Translations under genes and position numbers: made by a program
Virus record (IMG/VR): IMGVR_UViG_3300002301_000031
Span: 1 to 42,626 of that record
Source of the DNA: a virus
Taxonomy: Duplodnaviria; Caudoviricetes
DNA length: 42,626 nucleotides
Reading direction: 5' to 3' (one strand)
The notes under the pieces: generated by a model
Seen by the model: only the letters and a program-made list of their open reading frames with translations
What the model was told of the DNA's origin: nothing
Database searches by the model: none
Shown: piece by piece, positions 28,259 to 36,518 of the stretch
Position numbering within the stretch: position 1 is the stretch's first letter
Layout of the letters: the number at the start of each line of letters is the position of its first letter

Positions 28259-29069
28259 TTTACATTTAGAACACGCACTCGCACCAGAAATTAAACCTGT
28301 TGGCGATGTTCTTGTGTTGGGCGGAGATATCTGTTTGGCGCAGCATATCTATCGTCATCCTATTAGTGAGAATGGATTGCCCAATAATGCTGAGCATGGC
28401 TCGGATGCTCAACGCTATCGTGATTTCTTCAAATATTGCAGTGAAAACTGGTCAAAGGTAATTTATCTTAGTGGCAATCATGAGCATTATAGTGGGCAGT
28501 GGGAGCGAACTACGCCAGTGCTGCGTGAAGAAACCCAACGCTATGGCAACATACATTTCTGTGACCAAGACCGTGTTGATATTGACGATGTAACATTCTT
28601 GGGTGTATCGCTATGGACTGATTTTAACAATCATGATCCATTTACGATTATGTCAGCACGAGATATGATGAATGATTACAATGCAATCACAGAAAACCCA
28701 CGACAAGGGCTGTATCATAAACTGCGTCCAACTACTGCACTTGCCAAACATACAAGTGATTTAGGATGGTTGCAGGTTCAGTTGTCACAGTTACAAGACC
28801 GCAAGGTTGTTGTATGCAGCCATCATGCACCAAGTCACAGTAGCATACATTATACCTATAAGCAGCCTAGATATAGCACTATGAACGGTGCTTTTGTCAG
28901 CAACTTGGACGAGTTCATTATGGATCATCCACAAATTAAACTATGGACACATGGTCATGTTCATAATGTGTTTGATTATACTATTGGTGAAACTCGTGTA
29001 GTTTGCAATCCTCGTGGATATCCAGGTGAAAATACAGAATGGGATGCTAATTTGATGGTTGAAGTTTAG
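28236..29069 (+). CDS. Calcineurin-like metallophosphoesterase
   Basis: SDLH, GDI, GNHE, HH.P, HGH.H, NP.GY motifs. Confidence 0.92.
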   Translation: MKIQVVSDLHLEHALAPEIKPVGDVLVLGGDICLAQHIYRHPISENGLPNNAEHGSDAQRYRDFFKYCSENWSKVIYLSGNHEHYSGQWERTTPVLREETQRYGNIHFCDQDRVDIDDVTFLGVSLWTDFNNHDPFTIMSARDMMNDYNAITENPRQGLYHKLRPTTALAKHTSDLGWLQVQLSQLQDRKVVVCSHHAPSHSSIHYTYKQPRYSTMNGAFVSNLDEFIMDHPQIKLWTHGHVHNVFDYTIGETRVVCNPRGYPGENTEWDANLMVEV

Positions 29070-32002
29070 ATATAATTTACAATAACATATGTATTTGCCA
29101 ATGTTCCATCAACACAAATATAATCTAACGATAGCGTTCCTGGTGTAATTGGATTGCCAGGTCCACCATAAGTTATACTTGTAGCACCTGTTGTGCTGTG
29201 CATAGCATTGGCAATACCAAAATTAATAGTTCTATTTGCAGTAAGTGCAACAAGTGCTCTTATATTGCTACCTGCTACAAAGTTTGTTAAACTAAATGTA
29301 ACTGTGCCAGCAGGATTATAAATTAGCACTAAACTATCTGTTGCAAAATTTATAGTTGGTGATGTATTTGCGCCAAGATTACGAATACCATTATTGTTAA
29401 TATTAAAACTTTGAGCCGTTACATTTGCCGTTACAATTGCATTACTTGTTATAGAAATATTACCAGCCTGTATATTGCCGCTATAAGTGGTAAGATAACT
29501 TGCAGTATTAGCATTAGCACCGCTTGCAAGACTATTAATCTGTGTTTGTTGTGTGCCAGCATTAGTGAATAGCGTTGTAATATTTGTATTTGCAGCAATA
29601 ACATTAGCATTAATAGTTGCGATATTATTTGTATTTGTTGTAATTGCGCTATTAGCAGCAGTGACATTAGCATTAGTTGAGGCAATTGCACTATTTGCAC
29701 CACCAATATTTGTAGCGTTAGTAGCAATAGCCGCATTAGCAGCAGTAATATTATTATTAATAGTGGTAATAGTAGGATTCTGCGCAATGTTTAAGAGATA
29801 AGCATTACCCACATAATAACTGCTTGCACTGGTTGTGATATTACCAGTGGCAGTAACACCAGTGGTAATTAAATTATTAACAGTGGTATTGCCACTTATT
29901 GTAACAGTGCCAGTAACTTGTAGTTTATCAGTGCCATTATCAGTGCCACCTAATACCCAACGCTTTTGAGTAATGCGACCTGCTTCATTGGAGGCAAGAG
30001 TTCCATCAGTATGAAATACAATTGCTTTTTGTGTAGTTTGTGTTCCAATGGTAAGATTGCCACCATTGTTATAAAGATAACCATCAAGAGCATGACCAAT
30101 GGTATAACCAGGATCATAGTAACCACTGCTATTGATACCTAAGTCAGTATAATTGCTATTTTGTGCGCCAACATCTGCTGCAACAATATAATCACTGCTT
30201 GCACTGGAAAGATTTGAAATGTTTTGCGTAATTGTTTGTGCATATGAATTAGCATTTGAAGTAAATTGCGCAATGGTATTGTAATCAGCAAGTGGTTGAA
30301 CACCAACATTTATCTCAGTTGATAGATAAGCACTTTGTGCAAATATATTATTCCAATTGCGACTCGTGCTGCCAAGATTTTGAATGCCGCTTGTTGCTGG
30401 ATCAATATCAACGCTGCTTACCCAAGCCTTTTGAGTATCATTATACAGCAGATGTGCATAATCAACATTGCCGATAACAACGCCAGCGCCATCAGCAGCG
30501 GCGCTAGATGCAGCATTTGCAGCAAGCGTAAGCGTTAATCCACTTACAGTCTCCGCCGTGCTAAATGTGGTGGTAGTAGTTCCCTTTACATTAAGGTTAC
30601 CAAATACAATAAGATTGCCAGCAATGCTACTATTGGCAGAACTGGCAGTAGTGACAATGCCATATGCAGAAATATTACCAACTGCAATATTGCCTACATT
30701 ATCACGAGCGACAATAGTAGATGGTTGGTTGCTTGATGTTGCATCGGTGGTTACACTAAGAACACGAGTATTGCCACTATAACCCAACGAAGCAGTAACA
30801 TGGTTACTATTGTTAATAGAACCAATAGCAGCAGTGGTTTGCACACTGCCATCATTAAACGCAAGATTACCAGTGCCAGTAATTGATAACTGATTGTTAA
30901 GGGTCATAGTGCCATTAATAATTGTGTTGCCAATGTTAAGTATGGCACCAGTTGTATCAACATTACCAGTAATATGAACATCACCAATAAGCGTAGTTGT
31001 TCCTTCGGTAGTAGTATTACCAATCATTAGCGTAGTGCCAGTATTGATAGAAGTTCCAACAATGATAAGATTTCCACCAACATTTAAGTTACCACTGGTA
31101 GTAACATTACCAGTCATTAAGGTAGTGCCAATAGTAATGGTGTTACCAACGCTGTATGTATTGCCTACAACCAATAGATTTTGATTGATATAAGCATTTG
31201 CGGCATTGACATTACCCATTGTAGTAATACCATTAGGCGCAATAATAGCAGATAGTGTTCGCACAGTTCCACCATTAGGACTGGTGTAAAATTGCATTTG
31301 AACACCACCATGCGAATCGTTATAATTCTCAGTAGCGACAAAGCGAATATCACTTGCAGCACGACCGCTATTTGTATCAATAACAAAGTTAGTAGTTCCC
31401 CAACCAACCGCAGCAAGACGACCAATTGTATCGCCACTTTGGATTGCAGTTGGACTGCCGCCCGTTCCTCGTGCAGCACGATAAGTTAATGCGGGAAATG
31501 CGCCAGTGCCAAAGGCATCAATGGTTACTGTATTAGAAACACCATCATTGCCAATAGAACGAATTGTTGTTCCACTTACCTGTGGCAAATTAAGTGCAGA
31601 AGCACTATCACCATTAATTAATAATCCAGTTTGACCAACGCCAAGTGTTGGAAGATTGATTTGTGTAAAACCTTGTGTAGTAGTTTCAAATACTGGTCGT
31701 CCGCCGCCACTTGTTGGAAAAACCTGAAACTGTCCAAAGACATTAACATTGCCAGTTCCGTTTGATATTAACCCTAAATCTTCATTGGTATTAAGTGTAG
31801 AAATATTGGCAGCAGTGATAATTAAATCACCGATATTAGCATTAGTTGTAGAGAAAATTACGGGTTGTCCACCAGGTGTATGTCCATCACTGATACGCAG
31901 AACACCAGTTGTTTCATTATAAAACATATGACCCACTTCACCAACATATTGTGATGGGTCTGTCTGTGCTCGGCTAGTAAATATTCTCTGCGTAGTAGTC
32001 AC
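29066..32002 (-). CDS. Tail fibre-like structural protein
   Basis: GTG start; N-terminal GE.G..FY......LRISDG.TPGG (Mtd-N-like); G/N/T-rich beta repeats; ANV.AAN.AI heptad coiled coil. Confidence 0.8.
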   Translation of the reverse strand: MTTTQRIFTSRAQTDPSQYVGEVGHMFYNETTGVLRISDGHTPGGQPVIFSTTNANIGDLIITAANISTLNTNEDLGLISNGTGNVNVFGQFQVFPTSGGGRPVFETTTQGFTQINLPTLGVGQTGLLINGDSASALNLPQVSGTTIRSIGNDGVSNTVTIDAFGTGAFPALTYRAARGTGGSPTAIQSGDTIGRLAAVGWGTTNFVIDTNSGRAASDIRFVATENYNDSHGGVQMQFYTSPNGGTVRTLSAIIAPNGITTMGNVNAANAYINQNLLVVGNTYSVGNTITIGTTLMTGNVTTSGNLNVGGNLIIVGTSINTGTTLMIGNTTTEGTTTLIGDVHITGNVDTTGAILNIGNTIINGTMTLNNQLSITGTGNLAFNDGSVQTTAAIGSINNSNHVTASLGYSGNTRVLSVTTDATSSNQPSTIVARDNVGNIAVGNISAYGIVTTASSANSSIAGNLIVFGNLNVKGTTTTTFSTAETVSGLTLTLAANAASSAAADGAGVVIGNVDYAHLLYNDTQKAWVSSVDIDPATSGIQNLGSTSRNWNNIFAQSAYLSTEINVGVQPLADYNTIAQFTSNANSYAQTITQNISNLSSASSDYIVAADVGAQNSNYTDLGINSSGYYDPGYTIGHALDGYLYNNGGNLTIGTQTTQKAIVFHTDGTLASNEAGRITQKRWVLGGTDNGTDKLQVTGTVTISGNTTVNNLITTGVTATGNITTSASSYYVGNAYLLNIAQNPTITTINNNITAANAAIATNATNIGGANSAIASTNANVTAANSAITTNTNNIATINANVIAANTNITTLFTNAGTQQTQINSLASGANANTASYLTTYSGNIQAGNISITSNAIVTANVTAQSFNINNNGIRNLGANTSPTINFATDSLVLIYNPAGTVTFSLTNFVAGSNIRALVALTANRTINFGIANAMHSTTGATSITYGGPGNPITPGTLSLDYICVDGTLANTYVIVNYI

Positions 32003-32011
32003 AGTAATTCC

Positions 32012-32347
32012 TTATTCTAGATCGGTGTCTTCACTTGAAATTTGTGCTACGATAGGGTGAATTCCTGCATTACGCTTGATAATTGATAGTTCATCTTCTG
32101 GTTCGGCATCCGCGCCATCAAAAGCTGAATCAACGCCAGCAACTTTCTTTAACAGTTCAATCTTTTGCTGTAATGGTGGAACCATGATACCACCAGTTTC
32201 ATCACTAGTATGTTCATCTTCTGGAAATGGATTTTCTGGTGCTTTAACAGCTACAAGCTGAGCATGATTTGGCTGTTGCTGCGAAGATGGCTCGTTAATT
32301 TGTGTTAAAACATCTATTAGTTTGCGGATAAGTTCTGCGGCTTCCAT
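32012..32347 (-). CDS. Late protein (MVPPLQQKIELLKK..G; IKRNAGI)
   Basis: AAGGA RBS; in the late operon with the fibre gene. Confidence 0.75.
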   Translation of the reverse strand: MEAAELIRKLIDVLTQINEPSSQQQPNHAQLVAVKAPENPFPEDEHTSDETGGIMVPPLQQKIELLKKVAGVDSAFDGADAEPEDELSIIKRNAGIHPIVAQISSEDTDLE

Positions 32348-32356
32348 GATTATTCC

Positions 32357-32656
32357 TTAAATGGTTGTGGTTGCTGGACCACTGATTGCACTATTAGCCA
32401 CAAAACCAACATTAACTACGCTAACTTCTGCTGTGCCCGCAGTAGTAACAAACGCAATTTTATTATTAAGACCTTCCATATTAATAAATCTGGTAGTTCC
32501 AGCAGGAACAACATCACAATTGCCAGTATAAGCAGTTGGATTTGAACCTACTGCATAGTGAACGCTAGCATTTGCTGTTACTTTTACCTTTGTGCTGGTA
32601 ATGGCAGTGCTTTGTGAACTGCTTCCTGTTGCGTTAATAATCTGTGCTGATGGCAT
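32357..32656 (-). CDS. Small beta-rich structural protein
   Basis: TAAATA and GAGG RBS upstream. Confidence 0.7.
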   Translation of the reverse strand: MPSAQIINATGSSSQSTAITSTKVKVTANASVHYAVGSNPTAYTGNCDVVPAGTTRFINMEGLNNKIAFVTTAGTAEVSVVNVGFVANSAISGPATTTI

Positions 32657-32737
32657 CTTTTAATCCTCTTGGATTATTTATCTTGACTTATCCTTATATG
32701 ATTGTTATAATTAATCTTAACTATTATAGGGAAAATT

Positions 32738-34051
32738 ATGACCGTTCAAATTCTTAATGGCGATTGCCGCGATGTGTTAAAAACCTTACCTGACAATAGC
32801 GTTGACAGCATTGTTACCGATCCACCATATGAACTTGGATTTATGGGCAAAAGTTGGGATGCCAGTGGCATTGCATATAATACGGATATGTGGCGTGAAG
32901 CATTGCGTGTATTAAAGCCAGGCGGTCATATGTTGGCATTTAGTGGATCACGTACATATCATCGCATGACTGTTGCAATTGAAGATGCTGGTTTTGAAAT
33001 TCGTGACCAGATCATGTGGGTTTATGGTCAAGGATTTCCAAAGAACCATGATGTTAGCAAAGCGATTGATAAAGCTGCTGGTGCTAAAAGAAAAGTATTA
33101 GAAACCAAAACTACCAAAAGTGGCGGCATGGCTCATATTATGAAAACTAATAGCGAGCAAGGATATCGCCCTAATGATTATTACGAAGATAGTGGCAATG
33201 TCATTGAAGTAACAGAACCAGCAACTTTAGAAGCAAAGCAGTGGGCTGGATGGGGTACGGCGCTTAAACCTTCTCATGAACCAATCTGTGTCGCTCGCAA
33301 GCCGTTGGAAGGCACTATTGCACAGAATGTCTTAGAACATGGTACTGGTGCGTTGAATATTGACGCAAGCAGAGTTGGCGAAGGTGGAAAGAAATGGGTT
33401 ACTCCTCGTGGTGGTATTTGGGCAACCGATACCGAAGCAAAGGCAGAACTCGTTGATAATCCATTAGGTCGTTGGCCAGCAAATCTTATTCACGATGGCA
33501 GTGAAGAAGTAGTAGAACTATTTCCAACTGCAAAATCTGGTAGTGGAAATGGAGATGCTAAAAGCGGAGTGTCGGGTGATATAACTCCGCTTCGGCGTGG
33601 AACTCTTATACCAAGACATGATAGCGGAAGTGCCGCACGTTTCTTCTATTGTGCAAAGGCAAGCAAGTCCGACCGTAATGCTGGATTAGATGAGTTTGAA
33701 GAAAAACCAGTAGTTACATTCGCTACAGCGAATGGAACGAGTGGTAAGGCAAGTAGCATTAGTGAAGGTCGTAATACTGCTTATAAGAATACACATCCTA
33801 CTGTAAAACCAACTGACCTTATGCGTTATCTAGTTAAGATGGTAACGCCACCAGGTGGAACTACGCTTGATCCGTTTATGGGTTCAGGTTCTACTGGTCG
33901 TGGAGCAATGTTAGAAGGATTTAACTTTATCGGTATTGAAATGACTGATGAATATATTCCAATTGCCACTGCCAGAATTGAAGATGCAAAACAAGAATAC
34001 GAAAAGAAAAATAATGTTGCATTTAATAAACTATTTGAGGAAGAAGAATAA
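32738..34051 (+). CDS. Beta-class N6/N4 DNA methyltransferase 1
   Basis: DPPY motif IV near the N-terminus; HPTVKP and LDPFMGSGSTG motif I near the C-terminus; TTGACT promoter at 32683. Confidence 0.93.
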   Translation: MTVQILNGDCRDVLKTLPDNSVDSIVTDPPYELGFMGKSWDASGIAYNTDMWREALRVLKPGGHMLAFSGSRTYHRMTVAIEDAGFEIRDQIMWVYGQGFPKNHDVSKAIDKAAGAKRKVLETKTTKSGGMAHIMKTNSEQGYRPNDYYEDSGNVIEVTEPATLEAKQWAGWGTALKPSHEPICVARKPLEGTIAQNVLEHGTGALNIDASRVGEGGKKWVTPRGGIWATDTEAKAELVDNPLGRWPANLIHDGSEEVVELFPTAKSGSGNGDAKSGVSGDITPLRRGTLIPRHDSGSAARFFYCAKASKSDRNAGLDEFEEKPVVTFATANGTSGKASSISEGRNTAYKNTHPTVKPTDLMRYLVKMVTPPGGTTLDPFMGSGSTGRGAMLEGFNFIGIEMTDEYIPIATARIEDAKQEYEKKNNVAFNKLFEEEE

Positions 34052-35001
34052 TGACTGTTCAAATTCTTAATGGCGATTGCCGCGATGTACTAAAAACGCT
34101 GCCTGATGAAAGCATTAACATGTGCGTTACATCACCGCCTTATTTTGGTTTGCGAGATTATGGCGGACAAGAAAAACAAATTGGTTTAGAACAAACACCA
34201 GAAGAATATATCCAACAGCTTGTTGAAGTATTCCGTGAAGTGCGCAGAACGCTTAAAGATGACGGCACACTTTGGGTAAACATTGGCGATTCATATTACA
34301 ACTATCGTAGTGGCACAGCATTTGTAAAACAAAGTGTTGCCAAAACAAATCAAGACTTGCCAACTCATAGTCCAAGTCGCAATAATAAATTAGAGGGTCT
34401 TAAAAGCAAAGACCTTATTGGTATTCCGTGGATGTTGGCATTTGCGTTACGTGCCGATGGTTGGTATTTGCGTCAAGATATTATTTGGCACAAGCCCAAT
34501 CCTATGCCAGAGTCAGTAAAAGATCGTTGCACAAAAGCACACGAATATATTTTCTTGTTGAGTAAGAGCAAGAATTATTATTTTGATTATGAAGCAATTA
34601 AAGAACCTGCACAGAACTGGGGAACCAGAGATCGTAGCAATTTTCGCAGTGGAACCGAAGACCCATTGTTAAAACAGCATGGCCTTAAAGGAAAAGAATG
34701 GGAAGAAAATCCAACAAGAAACAAACGCTCTGTATGGACTGTTAATACTAAGCCATATAAAGAAGCGCATTTTGCGACATTTCCAACTGAATTGATTGAA
34801 CCTTGCATTTTGGCAGGTTCTCCAAAGGGCGGCATGGTGCTTGATCCGTTCGGTGGTTCGGGAACAACAGGTTATCTTAGTGATAAGTTAGGACGCAATG
34901 CAACTTTAATTGAACTTAATCCATCATACATTGATATTGCAGAAAATCGCATTGATCCGCCAGAAAAACGCCTTGACTCAAATTTATTTGAATTTGAGTA
35001 A
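34051..35001 (+). CDS. Beta-class N4/N6 DNA methyltransferase 2
   Basis: TSPPY; IIW.KPNPMPESV.DR; HFATFP; LDPFGGSGTT. Confidence 0.93.
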   Translation: MTVQILNGDCRDVLKTLPDESINMCVTSPPYFGLRDYGGQEKQIGLEQTPEEYIQQLVEVFREVRRTLKDDGTLWVNIGDSYYNYRSGTAFVKQSVAKTNQDLPTHSPSRNNKLEGLKSKDLIGIPWMLAFALRADGWYLRQDIIWHKPNPMPESVKDRCTKAHEYIFLLSKSKNYYFDYEAIKEPAQNWGTRDRSNFRSGTEDPLLKQHGLKGKEWEENPTRNKRSVWTVNTKPYKEAHFATFPTELIEPCILAGSPKGGMVLDPFGGSGTTGYLSDKLGRNATLIELNPSYIDIAENRIDPPEKRLDSNLFEFE

Positions 35002-35029
35002 TGTCATAATACTGTCATAATAGTGTGAT
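35002..35029 (+). promoter_or_regulatory. Pho box (PhoB-binding direct repeats)
   Basis: TGTCAT (35002), TGTCAT (35013) and TGTGAT (35024) at 11-bp spacing, just upstream of pstS. Confidence 0.85.
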
Positions 35030-35062
35030 AAATTACAATTAGCATTCAAAGGAGAAAACCAT

Positions 35063-35992
35063 ATGCTATCTAGGCTATTCGTAGTTGCAGCAGCAACGAT
35101 TATTGGTACAGCAGCTTATGCTGCTGAAATTACAGGAGCAGGCGCTACCTTCCCATTTCCAATCTATGCAAAGTGGGCCGATTCTTATAAGAAAGTTTCA
35201 GGCAATACTTTAAATTATCAATCAATTGGCAGTGGCGCAGGCATTAAGCAAATTGAAGCCAAGACAGTTACATTTGGCGCAACTGATATTCCAGTAAAAC
35301 CAGAAGACCTAGAAAAGAAAGGTCAAGTTCAGTTTCCAATGATTGTTGGCGGAATTGTACCAATTGTTAATATAAAAGAAGTAACGGATAATCAGTTAGT
35401 ATTGAATACTGATATCATTGCCAAAATCTATATGGAAAAGATTAAGAATTGGAATGATAAAGAAATTGCAGCACTTAATCCAACATTGAAACTTCCTGAT
35501 CTTCCAATTATCAAGGTTCGTCGTAGTGATGGTAGTGGAACAACTTGGAACTTTACAAGATTCTTATCAGAAGCAAATGCTGATTGGAAGAAAGATTATA
35601 ATTTTGGTCAAAGCATTGAATGGGCTGGCAGTGCAATCGGCGCAAAGGGCAATGATGGCGTAGCAAATAATGTTTCAGTTGCAAATGGTTCAATCGGTTA
35701 TGTTGAATATGCGTTTGCCAAGTCAAACAATCTTACAACCGCAAAGATGATTGGCAGCGATGGCAAGCCAGTTGCTCCTAGCTTGAAAGCATTTCAGTCT
35801 ACTTGGCCAATGGTTGCTACTTCTTATATCGTAATGTACAAGACACCTGATGACAAGACAGCTTCTAAGGATGCTATCAAGTTCTTTGAATATGCGCTTG
35901 CGCATGACAAGGATGCCGAAGAATTGGATTATGTACCCCTAACTGCTGCTCAAAAGAGCGATGTAAAAAAAGTTTGGGAAACTATAAAATAA
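35063..35992 (+). CDS. pstS: Phosphate ABC transporter periplasmic binding protein
   Basis: Signal peptide; GAGATFP.P.Y.KW, NYQSIGSGAG, FGATD, RSDGSGTT, GNDGVA, IGYVE. Confidence 0.95.
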   Translation: MLSRLFVVAAATIIGTAAYAAEITGAGATFPFPIYAKWADSYKKVSGNTLNYQSIGSGAGIKQIEAKTVTFGATDIPVKPEDLEKKGQVQFPMIVGGIVPIVNIKEVTDNQLVLNTDIIAKIYMEKIKNWNDKEIAALNPTLKLPDLPIIKVRRSDGSGTTWNFTRFLSEANADWKKDYNFGQSIEWAGSAIGAKGNDGVANNVSVANGSIGYVEYAFAKSNNLTTAKMIGSDGKPVAPSLKAFQSTWPMVATSYIVMYKTPDDKTASKDAIKFFEYALAHDKDAEELDYVPLTAAQKSDVKKVWETIK

Positions 35993-36027
35993 TTCTTGAC
36001 ATAATAGGTCAATAGATGTATAAAGAG

Positions 36028-36061
36028 AAGGTGAGAGGGAAAAACCCTTTCACCTTTTTTT
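36028..36061 (+). terminator. Intrinsic terminator after pstS
   Basis: AAGGTGAGAGGG/CCCTTTCACCTT stem plus T-run. Confidence 0.8.
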
Positions 36062-36087
36062 ATTTTTAAAAAAGATAAAAAAAGTTC

Positions 36088-36117
36088 TTGACAAATATTT
36101 TTTATCGTGTATAAATA
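36088..36117 (+). promoter_or_regulatory. Promoter heading the tRNA region (sigma70 -35 plus overlapping TATAAATA late motif)
   Basis: TTGACA 36088-36093; TATAAATA 36110-36117. Confidence 0.75.
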
Positions 36118-36139
36118 GAATTACAAATTGAGAGCAACT

Positions 36140-36220
36140 ATGTCTAACACGCCTAAACACAATGATTATAACATTTGCCGCATGCCAGAAGGTTTCTGGA
36201 TTGAGGGGGCGTGTGCCTAA
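36140..36220 (+). CDS. Putative attenuator leader peptide MSNTPKHNDYNICRMPEGFWIEGACA (26 aa)
   Basis: First ATG after the promoter, GAGAG 5 nt upstream, ends 29 nt before a terminator; overlaps alternative stems. Confidence 0.7.
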   Translation: MSNTPKHNDYNICRMPEGFWIEGACA

Positions 36221-36248
36221 TGTGATCGCACATTAGAGTATGCACTTA

Positions 36249-36280
36249 GCCCCTGAAACGAAAGTTTCGGGGGTTTTTTT
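36249..36280 (+). terminator. Attenuator-type intrinsic terminator
   Basis: GCCCCTGAAAC-GAAA-GTTTCGGGGGT, 11 bp, with a 7-T tract. Confidence 0.88.
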
Positions 36281-36386
36281 ATTTCGGGATGTTGCTCCCC
36301 ACGCATAAGAGCAACCCTTGACTAGTACTGGCTCCAAATGGACGCAGGTGGTTTCAGCAAGGCATTGAAACAATGAAAGTTGTTTC

Positions 36387-36498
36387 TAAATGAGCATCAT
36401 AGCCAGTTGCAACTGGTCCAGTGGATGGGATAGGAGTCTTGTGACTCCAAAGACGGTTCGACTCCGTTAGGGACTGATCAACCCATGATGTTCTTTTA
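36387..36498 (+). ncRNA. Structured RNA 1 with T-arm mimic
   Basis: Closing stem 36387-36400/36485-36498 (13 of 14 pairs); internal hairpins; ACGG-TTCGACT-CCGT. Confidence 0.6.
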
Positions 36499-36518
36499 GA
36501 AGCAATGAAAGTTGTTTC

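Noticed and set aside
28058-29069. Toxin-antitoxin pair (AbrB-like plus downstream gene)
   Set aside because: The downstream gene is a standard metallophosphoesterase, not a recognisable toxin.
29560-29770. Tandem DNA repeat in the fibre gene
   Set aside because: Degenerate repeats simply encode an Ala/Asn heptad coiled coil common in fibres.
29066-32002. Diversity-generating retroelement suggested by the Mtd-like N-terminus
   Set aside because: No reverse transcriptase and no template/variable repeat pair seen in the window.
36367-36518. Repeated 20-nt palindrome as a CRISPR mini-array
   Set aside because: Only two copies, the 112-nt spacer is itself structured, and no cas genes are present.
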